NCBI RefSeq assembly: GCF_036321535.1
Contig: NC_087436.1
Location: forward strand, 6,572,001 to 6,636,000
Direction of reading: 5' to 3'
From: Camelus dromedarius
Lineage: Eukaryota
DNA: 64,000 nucleotides
Shown here: in pieces, positions 14,244-55,600 of the stretch
Position numbering within the stretch: the first letter of the stretch is position 1
Layout of the letters: the number at the start of each line of letters is the position of its first letter
Notes under the pieces: model-generated
Seen by the model: the letters and a program-made list of their open reading frames with translations, nothing else
What the model was told of the DNA's origin: nothing
Databases searched by the model: none
Made by a program: the position numbers and the translations under genes

Positions 14244-15592
14244 TTTGTACATTTTAAACATTGTAATTTTCATGACACTTAAGAAAGATATTTTTCTAAT
14301 ACCAAAATAGGCTTCTCTTTGGTATAGGAGGACACCATATGTGTTATCTTTAACTAAAAAAATTAATTTAGAACTATGACCTAATAAGCTAAACAAGATA
14401 TCCTTTCCTGTCCATTTGTCCCCTTTCACAGGCCCATTGGGGGCCTTTAAAATCTAGTTCTGGACAGATTACAGTTCTGTACAGTATTCTTTGCATACAA
14501 AGAATTAAGACGCCACATCAGAGATGTCCAGAAGTTACACAGCAGAGGATTGCTTGGCTTAATCGCTGACACGTGACATAAACCCACCAAAAAAAGAGAG
14601 AGCGAGCAACTGAGGATTCAGGACAAGTAAAATAGAACATTGTCATTCAGGTCAAATAATATGAAAACAATTATATCATTCAAATTTGATGCATTTTCAA
14701 AAAGTAACTTGTTTAGAATCATCATATTTAGAATTTGAATTATTGCTTGCAAAGTTTCAAAATTCAGACTACAGAGCTGTAATTTTGATAAGACACTTTA
14801 AAGAGAGCCATCAAACATACAACAACATCAAATACGAGGAGCTGTAAAAGCAGTTAACCTTAGAAGCACACAGGGGAAAAAATTTGCTTTCTTTCAAGAC
14901 ATGTTTCATTTTCCGAACTAAAAGATTTTCTGAAAAGCATCATAGAAGGGCAAAAAAATATTTATCATATATTTTACCAGTTAAAGTCCAAATCCCTGTT
15001 TAAAAAAAAAAAAGATAATGTCCTTTAAGTCAATGAAGTTCTGACTCAAATATTTTTTAGAGAAACAATCATAGTCTTCCTGCTAAAAATAGGAAAAAAA
15101 ACAGTTTTTAATTTTGTTATCAACTCTTATTCAACAAATATTTAGTGATTGTTGGGTAATAGTGGTCTAGGTGCTGGAAATACAGAAGTCAGACAATCAT
15201 TGGTTCTCGAGAACTTAGCCTAACAGAGCTAGATCTAGCAGTGGTAAAACCTTAAAGTTACCTCTCCTGGTCCAGAAAAAACGAAGCTCAACTTCAACCT
15301 TTGCCATTCTTGGCATCTTGCAAGTTGAACAGATAAACGGTCTACCCAGTTTGCTACTGGTAACACTGTGGCATTATTAATACTACGTACAAATCAAATT
15401 AACTTTCATAAAAGAGTCCATGAAAGTTTAGAGGAAGAAATTATTTAAAGAGAAACAAATGCTGACCCACATCAAAATAAAGAAACCAAGAAAAATTTCA
15501 GTTTCAGTATAGAGAACTGCTGGAGATTATCCTCTACATACGGTACACGTGCAGACGCCATACATGAGGACGTACAGACAAACACAGACGAA

Positions 15593-15748
15593 TCAGCTGT
15601 CAGGCTTCAAAGAATCATAGCCTTCTTTCAAGAGGTCCCGCCATGTTTTAAGGAAACGTGCATTTTCTGTACATTTGAAGGCAAGGTCTTCTACTTGAGC
15701 TGATACTGCAGATGTGGCTTCCAGAAGTTTGGTTAACGAAAACGCTGC
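15593..15748 (-). CDS. C4orf46: C4orf46 exon 2 (coding part, 156 nt)
   Basis: Acceptor tttcag|GCA; 51 codons plus TGA (tca at 15593-15595). Confidence 0.92.
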   Translation of the reverse strand, partial: AAFSLTKLLEATSAVSAQVEDLAFKCTENARFLKTWRDLLKEGYDSLKPDS

Positions 15749-17227
15749 CTGAAATTTTTTTAAAAATGAAGTCCAACATTAGAAGCTCATTTTTTTTTTC
15801 ATTCTTACCTCATGTTACAAAGTTAGGCTGAAAATAAACTTAGAACCTTGAATCCAATGTTCAAGTTATTTTCTTTAAAAGTTAAAAAAAAATCTTCAAA
15901 CTAAAATACCAGCTCTTTCAAGGAACGGTAAGAAATTCTTGAATATGAAGTAAACTTTGAGGAAATACGTCTGCTAGGAAGATATCCACTGTGTAGGAGA
16001 CATGGCAGTCAGTATGTTTTTAGTTGAAAATACACTGGCGTCTCATTTAGCTCAGCAAGACGACTTGGATCCCTTGGCACCAAGTACCAGAAGTATTCGA
16101 GGGGCTTCACTAACAGCTCTTACCGGTGGGTAACAAGGGCACCACTCCACTATTTTCACCTGTGAACGCAGCAGACCCCGACAACGCAGAGACCAAATGA
16201 CAGACAATGAGCTCACAAACAGCCATCAACAAAGTCAAACAGAAAATACCTGACTCTTGGTAGAAAACTCACTTCCTGATCAAATTTTTTTTCAACTACA
16301 ATATTAAATAACACCGTTCCTAGATAACACATCAGTACGCCATTCTACTGCTCCCCTGGAAACAGCCTTGCTCAGCAAAAACAGAAACTGTGTCAGCACT
16401 TAAGCCATCTTTTAAAGCCACAAATCCTGCGTGAGCGATGAGATCACGGAGTTCGGGCCGAGTCTGCAGTCTGCACCGGGCCGGGGGCGGGGGGAGGGGG
16501 CGTCTCTCAGTTAAGATCGCGCCCTACAGACCCCATCCACTTGACCCACTCGAGTTCTGAAAAACTGAAACACGCCCCTCTGGTGGGGCGTGTGCGCGCG
16601 CCAGTGTCTGGAAATTCGAGATTCAACAGAAACCGTCCAGACCTGGCATCCCAGCCACCCAGGGAGGGGTCTTTGAACCGTCCGTGAAACCGCTCCGGAC
16701 CACGGGGCGGTGGCCCTAAGTGTGCCAGGCGCAGAGCCGGGCCTGGGGCAGGTAGCGCGCTGCGGGCGGCTCCGGGCAGGCGGCCAGCTAGGACAGCGGA
16801 GCCCTAAGTCCCGGGAAAGCATCGCGGCCTGACCCTCGCCACCCGCACAGGCGGGGTGGGCGCGGTTTCGGGTTACAGCCGGGAGGGAAACCAGACGGCC
16901 GGGCACTAAGACGGCGGTGCGGCCGGGGCGGGATGCTCGGACCCCCCCGCCCCGCCACCACACACACCGCATCCCTCGGCCCCCGCAGGCTCCGTCCCCC
17001 GTCCGCCCGCCCCGCCGCGGGCCAGCCTCCCCGACACTCACGTCTCCGATCTGCAGCTCCACCTCCTCCAGGGGGTCCACTGTCCTAACGTCGCTCTTGC
17101 TCGGAACTGGCCAACTCAAGCCCACAGGGACACCGGGGGAAGATGCTGAAGAGCCGTCTAACGACGACGGAGACGAGGGCGGTGGCGGGGGCGGCGAGGA
17201 AACCTGCGCCTCCTCATGCTCCGCCAT
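15593..17227 (-). CDS. C4orf46: C4orf46 (RCDG1) orthologue, 113 aa: complement(join(15593..15748,17042..17227))
   Basis: [22 protein letters not shown]...[60 protein letters not shown]; lies head-to-head with ETFDH, as in other mammals. Confidence 0.93.
17042..17227 (-). CDS. C4orf46: C4orf46 exon 1 (coding part, 186 nt)
   Basis: ATG at 17227 (tccATGg); donor GAC|gtgagt; 62 codons. Confidence 0.92.
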
Positions 17228-17713
17228 GGAGCGGGCTGGGCGGCGGGGCCGGACCCCCTCAGCCGAACCGACACCAACGCCTTTCAACCGCTCGCGCCCA
17301 AAGCCCAGAGGCCCCGCCTCCTCGCGGCTCTCTGCCCAGGACCGCGAAGCCTCGTCATTTTCTCGGAACAGCCAATCCGAAGCCGGTTAATTCGCCTAGG
17401 GCGGCTCTTCGCTCCAGCACCAACCTCCGCCCGGGCTCCCGGTACCCTCGAGCAGAAGACTACAACGGCCAGAGTGCCGTGCGCGCCGCTCCGCCTCCAC
17501 TGCCTGGGCACCGCGCGCGCACGGCACCCTGGGATTTGTGGTCTCTCAGCACGCTCCGGCGCCCTCCCGGCTGTGACCCGGAAGCGATGCAGGTCGGCGC
17601 GTCACGCGTGGCGCAGGCGCAGAGCGAGTCGGAGGCGGGCGCGCGGGGAAGCCCGAGCGGCCCGCTGAGCTGCTGGAGGCAGACTCCACTAAGACAGGCT
17701 GCATCCCGGTAGG

Positions 17714-17734
17714 ATGGTGCCACCCGCGGCCTAG
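17714..17734 (+). promoter_or_regulatory. Upstream ORF (MVPPAA*) in the putative ETFDH 5'UTR
   Basis: aggATGg (A at -3, G at +4) followed by GTG CCA CCC GCG GCC TAG, starting 90 nt before the main ATG. Confidence 0.6.
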
Positions 17735-17803
17735 AGGTCCCGCGCCCCGCGAGCCGCAGCCCGCCTCCCCCGCGGTGTCGCCAGAGTCCGGGCGACCGCG
17801 AAC

Positions 17804-48747
<30,944 letters not shown>

Positions 48748-48924
48748 GGTGCACCTGCTTGCCCGGTGCACCCGACGGCCAGTCTCTCTGAAGTGGGTGG
48801 CAAGCTAACTTCAAGTTACCTTACGGAGCATTACTGATCAGAATGTTCATAAAATAATTATCAGGGAAATAACTATATTATATGTAAAACTGTCCCATAA
48901 AAAAAATCATGAATATTTCTCTTA

Positions 48925-48930
48925 AATAAA
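48925..48930 (+). terminator. Candidate ETFDH polyadenylation signal AATAAA
   Basis: First AATAAA after the stop codon, ~180 nt downstream. Confidence 0.6.
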
Positions 48931-49308
48931 ACTTCGTAAATTATGTAGCATCTATTTACCTCTCCAATTCTTCCAAGATTCAGTACCAACAGCAGAATAC
49001 ACTGTCGGCCTTTCATGTACATCTGACTTGTCAAATCCAAGACTTCAAAGGTAAAACAAGTGTACACTCCAGAGCAGGCCACCACGCTGCTTACGAGTGG
49101 TCCTCCTGGATGCAGCGACACACGTCCGCGGCTGCCGAGCTACCAGCGCAGGGCCAAGGAGCCACGATAGACTATCTACCCCTCAGGGAGGCTGCTGACC
49201 CCCAACCATGTGTGTCTGTCACCTGCATGTATAAAACACCAGGACAAACCAACCAGAGAGGCCTCCAAGAACTGAGAAAAACAATACACACACTCAAACT
49301 TCCATCTC

Positions 49309-49314
49309 TTTATT
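49309..49314 (-). terminator. Candidate PPID polyadenylation signal AATAAA (minus strand)
   Basis: tttatt on +; a GU/U-rich element (tgtgtgtattgttttt on the minus strand) lies ~20-35 nt downstream. Confidence 0.65.
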
Positions 49315-49470
49315 CAGAGAAGATATGTCTTCAGGGGTTTAAAGAGGCTGGACACCATTATTCCGTGTGAATAATGCACACAGCCACTTTTAAAAACATC
49401 AACTTCCCTGTATGTGTTAAGAGTGAGTCCCTGTGGGTGTTCCCAGGCTGTACACAGTGGGGCTGACGTA

Positions 49471-49524
49471 GCGAAGGGAACACATCAGGCGAAGGGAACA
49501 CATCAGGCGCACGGAACACACAAA
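49471..49524. repeat. 18-bp tandem repeat (2 perfect copies plus 1 degenerate) in the PPID 3'UTR
   Basis: gcgaagggaacacatcag x2, then gcgcacggaacacacaaa. Confidence 0.9.
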
Positions 49525-49570
49525 ACCCTTTGCACAACCAGCGTGTAGTTAAGCAAAGCTGGGTTCCTTA

Positions 49571-49659
49571 CTAAGCAAACATTTTTGCATACGCTGCCTT
49601 CTCTTTGTCTTTCTGTGCCTTTATCTTTTGTTTGACTTTCAGCAGTTCTGCCTGGATAG
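49571..49659 (-). CDS. PPID: PPID exon 10 (coding part, stop)
   Basis: cag|..[34 protein letters not shown]. Confidence 0.96.
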
Positions 49660-52600
49660 CTGCAAAATAAATATGTAATATGAGCTGTTCTCCAAACATC
49701 CAAATAATTAGGGTGACAGTTACTCCCCCTCATAAACTCCTTTCTAAAGTGGAACTGAGCCCTGATTACAGAGTATTTTACTCTGCAAAAGCGATCACAC
49801 AAACCATGAAGTGTTTTAGAAGACTGTCAACCAAGAGACTAATGAAGTCCGCCTTCTCCATCTCCACAACGGAGGACACCAAGTGTGGCCCTTGCTTCAC
49901 TTCAGCAGTGAGACCAAGATGTATTTTAACATCCAGATCTAGTATCACTATTTGTAGTTGGTTTATTTGAAAAACAAGCAAGTCAGAACATTAACTGGGT
50001 GGTGCCCGAAGCTTTCCAAGACGCTCCTACAACACACCCAGTGGCTGGAGTATTTAGGCTATGGCCACGTGCAGCTTAAGGAATGCTGCCAAACATTAAA
50101 TACTGTGTTTTCTAATGCCGCTCTTCATCCAGAATGACAGGACTAGGAACCAGTCGCCAAGCGATAAAGTAGAGCGAACAGTTCAGACACGTGAACGTGA
50201 GTTTTCTGGGAGGGACCAGGGTGTGAGCTCTGAAGGCAGGGCCCCTGATGGGCTCAGGGCAGCGTCACGGGGCCTGGCCGGTAGCAGGCGTCTGTGACCC
50301 CTGCTCAACAAGCACCTACGCACAAGGGGCCAGTGGGTCGTGAGGATGGGTTATTAAAGGACAAAAGACTTTCACTACAGAAACTGCCCCCTTACCTTTA
50401 TCTTCCGGTGCAATCTCCTGAGCCTTCTTAAGATCAGCCTGTAATTGAAAAAACATTAAAAGAAATAAAAGATGATGATTCATGACAGTGGTGTTTTTGG
50501 TTTTTTTTTTTTTTTAATTAAAATTGAGGACAAAATTTTACCAATGCTTCATTGTATTCTTTTAATCCTTGCCATCCCTGGGCCCTCCGGTACAGGGCTT
50601 TGGTGTTTGATGGGTCTATTTCAAGTGCCTACAAAAAATTAGAAAATTAGTGTTTTTATCCAAATACTGAGTACCCGGCAGGTACACTATAGATTTCAGT
50701 TTACTGCCTGTCAGCTCCAAAACAACTCCACCGCTCTGGGGCCACGGAGCCAGTGGGTGGGTGTGAGGTTCTGTGGGGCGTGGGCAGGCGCGGCATGGAC
50801 GTGGAGGAGGAGCCCGTCCCCCCGAGGCCCGCTGCCCCCTCCCCGGGCTCCTACTGCCCAGCCCGCGGCCCGCAGGCGTGGTGCCCGGGGAACTCTGCCA
50901 CCCAGCAAGGCACAGCTCTCCCTCCAGCCCCACGCCAGCAGGGAGTGTGCTCTGCTCCTGTACCGCACGTGTCTGCACAAATACACACACACTGTACCGC
51001 ACGTGTCTGCACAAATACACACACACACACATACACAGCACCAGAGGTGGGCTTTCAGAAATGCATGCTGTAGTTTGAAAACTGTTTCCAACTCCTCAAC
51101 AGGGAGGCGTTCACTGGTGCTCTATTTAAGGACAGAACTGCCGCCACCTTTGCAGCCGTGTCAGCCAGTGTTCCTGGATGTCCCCGCGAAGACAGGTGAC
51201 CTTCCTGTGTGTTGCCTTTTAACTAAAAATACCTAAATCTCTATGAGGCCCTTATCATGTGCCCTGCACCGTGCTAAATGCTTTACGTACGTCACACAGT
51301 CTTCACAGCAACCCCAAGAGTGTCTCCATTCGCATACAAAGAAATCACTACTCTCTAAAATTAGGAACTCTCTCAAGATCAGAAAGTAAGTGACAATGGT
51401 GTCTGCAAAAACCATGTCTAGAAAAAAAAAAAAAAGAATCTAGAAAACTAAAAAAAAAGAAAAAAACAAAACCACCACATCCACTGACTCCATAAGCCAC
51501 CTTCTTAATCGTTCCTAGTTTTGTCTCCTAAGCCCAGCACCAAACAGGAGCTCAACCGTTAAATGAATAAATGAGCTGATACATGTGCTTTGAGGGAAAA
51601 AGTGTCTGCAGAGAAGTTAGGTGATATGGTGTCATATGCTAAATGAATGGTTTGACAGGAAGAGCTGAAGGTACAAAACATTTAGGGATAAAATGCTTTA
51701 TGTTCTTTGAGTCTCATTAGGGCCTATGCAGTAAGACACACATGCTAATATCACATAAACTGCTTTCAGCTCAAAATAAGTCACAATCCAACTCTCAAAA
51801 AGCTGACGTCAACAGACTTACCTCCACACAACTGTCGACCGCGCCCTGCCAGTCGGACATCTTCAGTTTACAGGCGCCGATGTTCAGCACGCAGCTTAAA
51901 GCCACGGACTGCAGCCTGGCAGCGTCGGCCTCCTGGGTGACAGCCTTGTACGCTTCCACGTACCTGGAGGACACGGGACCAAAAGCAGCGTGAAGCCACC
52001 GCCATGACTCACTCTGCTGCTTCCACGAGACCACAGCTGCCGCCTCACTTCTGCACAAAAGCTCACCAGACGCTAACATTCTCCATGCCAACAATCCTTT
52101 TATTAAATACTTTCCTTTAGAAGATTTGTTTTCTTTGTTCCAACTCCTTTCCCAGAGTGTTCAAAGAGGCCGATTTAAGACCAACCCCCAAACCTAAAGA
52201 TTATACGCTAACACTTTTGTCTTTTAAAACTCAGGTCTCCACTGTCCACTCTGCAATGTAATCAGGACTGGAGCCGAGATGCTCACTGTGGGAGGGAACG
52301 GACGGGAGAAGTCGTGTTGATCCTGAATGTATTTTAATGTAGTTCCCAACTCTGTTTACTGAGAAGGGCCCTGAACCAGTAAGCACACCTGGCCCCAGAC
52401 TTTGCTCTCTATAGAGTTTACACCCCAGTGAAAGGAATCAGGGCTCCCTGGAGAAAGTAGATCTAGAAACAAGGTTAAGTGTAAGATGAGCCTAGAAGGC
52501 CTCGTGCCAGAAAGCAAGCGCGTGCTCACAGACGAACAGGAACACATCAAAAGGATACGGGAGAGGGGGCGTCCCCTGGATGAACGTGGGACCCTCTGAG

Positions 52601-55600
52601 CATCAGAAAGAATGACGGTAGTAGTATAATACGTTCAGCTAAAGAAAACCACACGTCTATAAAGATACCCCATAAGGGGGGGGGGGGGGTCCTTTCAAAC
52701 AGAAGAATGCCAGCTAGTAACTGAAGGCTAAAACTAGAAAATCACAGTTGTCCAAGCTTCAGTGTAACACCGGATTCAGCAAAGATCTTCAGCGATGCTG
52801 AAGCCACCTGACGGAAGGTCAGGAACCAGGTATTCACACAGTCGCACAGGACCACCTCACAGAGGAGGCACTGTTGACAAAGGGCAGGTGCGTTTGTAGG
52901 ACATCCGGCTAACGCCACTTTAGCCAGGTGCCAGACCTCAAAACAGGCCAGGCTGCCGTGTGGCTTCAGGATGTGACGTCACGGGAAACGTGCATCCCGT
53001 CTGAGTCCTCGTGCCGAAATATTCAACCGCTAACTGAACCTGAGGAAGCAATAAACAAACGCAGACGGAATTCTGTAAGGCCACTGACTTGGATGCCACA
53101 AAATGCAAATGACTGAAAACCATGTAGAGTGCGGACCATTAGAAAGTTAGAAAGCTAGAGACATAAAAACCAACTGCTACAATGGATTCTGGAGTTAAAA
53201 ACACCACCACCACCTGGGGACATCTGCATACGGATTATGTACTAGATAATATTGTATCAATGATATTTCCAAGATTTTTTAATGCTGTTAAGGCTAAGCA
53301 GAAGAATGTCCTTGTTTCTTATGAAACATTTGCTAAAATATTAGGGAATAAACTGTCACAGAATCTGCAACTTCCTTTCAAATGATTCTGAAAAAACAAA
53401 TAGAGCAAGTTAAAAATTGGTGAAAGCAGGTAAAGGTACGTGAGTGTTCGTGTACTGCTCTTTTTTTTTTTTAATGGAGGGACTGGGGATTGAACCCAGG
53501 ACCTCGTCCGGCTAAGCATGTGCTCTACCACTGAGCTACACCTTCCCCACTCATGTACTCTTCTTAACTTTTCTGTATTTTGAAATTTTTCAATATAAGA
53601 ATCTGGAGGCAACCGAAGCAATGTAACTATTTCAATACACCGGGTTACTCTGCAAGTAATATGCCAAAAATACAAAACAAACAAGCAAAAAAAAACTCTT
53701 GAATTTCAGTTTAAAATTCAATTTACAAGTTCTTAAAAGCAATTCGTAAAAAATATTTTATTACCTTAAAACTTTTGTGTATTTTTTAATAGCCATCTCC
53801 CAGTTCTGGGATTTGAAAAAAGTATTTCCAATGTTCTTTAAGTCTTCTGTTATCAATAAAATTTTATCTACCTGTATAAAACAAAGAACACAAATATGCT
53901 GGGTTTGAATGTGTAATGTGCTTTAATGCTAAGTTTTGTCAGTAAGACTGATTGATACAAAAAATTCAAAATTTTAGTACTAAATACTTTTAGCAATTTA
54001 AGTAACTGAAGTTTATCTGAAAGTACTCACGTCTTTTAAATCGATGTCCGCATCCTCAGGGAAATCCGGATGACTGTCACTAGAACCGTCTTTTGGGAAT
54101 ATTCCCCAGTCATCCCCGTCCTTCAACTCCCCGCATTCTGCAATAACGCACAACTGTAAAAATAACCCTCAATTGTAGAAGTGCACCACCACATTAACGG
54201 TGATTACAAGAAAGCTCTGGGTTTAAAAGCTCTCCGCTGCAAGGCACCAACACCATCCGAGTCGCTCCTGAAGTGACAGGCTGACCCTAGGAGGCTCAGC
54301 TGCTCCAAGTGCAATAATGCCCTCTACACGCCTTCCAAGTAGCAGCACGGTGCGAGGGCACAAAGTGTCCTACTGCTACGCGACAGCGCAGGGTGAGCTG
54401 GACATTTTATCATCTTCTGTGGAATTTCCTTCCGGTGGGGCACGTGCTTTCAGCTGACTCCTGTTTCCCTCGTACTCAAGGCAGCCTCCCACCTGTAGGT
54501 ATTCGAGTCTCCAATTCCCCTCCCTCATGGCCAGTGAGGTCAAGAAGGATGGCCGTTGTGACCCCCAGACATTCAGAACACCAGGACCTCCAGGGTTACA
54601 CGGTCTGGTCTAAACCCACAGGAAATTTATACAGGACGAGGAAATAGGCCAAGAAGTTACATAACATGATCAAGGCTAACACCACAAGTTAAACGGCAGA
54701 GAGGAGACCAGGAGCCCTGCTTTCCTGTGCTCTGCGCTCTGTGCCAGCACAGACTGACACCACGCTGTGCAGATACAGGAGACTTCACTACCGAAAATCA
54801 CCAAGACTGAAGCTGAAATAATACGAATCTCCTTCTGAACTGCCCTCATCTCTCCCGCTGCAGAGAACAGCTCTGAAGAAGTGGCGGGTCCAGGCTTCCA
54901 CACAAGTCACCCCAACGGTTTTCAGTCAACAATCGCTGACCCCCTCACTTACACATCCTAAGACAACGAGGGGCCGTCCTGGGACTCATTACTCACTTTG
55001 GCAGGTTTTTCCCCCTTCACTTCCACATTTTCCAGAATCCTCGCCACACCCATTCCTTTAATGACTTGGCCAAACACCACGTGTTTCCCATCCAAGTGAG
55101 GCGTTGGGACGGTCGTGATGAAGAACTGGGACCCATTGGTGTTGCAGCCGGCGTTTGCCATGCTCAGCAGGCCCTCCTTATCGTGCTGCAGAGATAAAAG
55201 CATTGAGAGCCCGGTCAGGGTAAGCCTGAACCATTCCTTACTGACCACTCACATCCAACTGCGAGACCAAACCACGGGTGTAATCTGACTTGCATAAAGT
55301 GCAACCTTTAGTTCAGAAAACAAGGGCACTTCATCGCTTCTAAACTTTAAGGAAAGCTTATGAAATCAAATTAGACAAGAGACACAACAGTGGGGGCAGG
55401 GCTAGTCCCTGTAAACTGGCCACACTGAGAAAACGCTTGCACTCCATCTTTAAGATGAAGGTGCTGCCTTGTGGAAATTTAGAGCTTTTTTTATGACAGG
55501 TGCTCTTTCTTCGGAAAAGCACTGGACAGTGTTCTCACTTTAAGGCCTGCATGAATCATGACTCTTCCTTTACACATCAGTAACCTGGGAACACTGAGGA

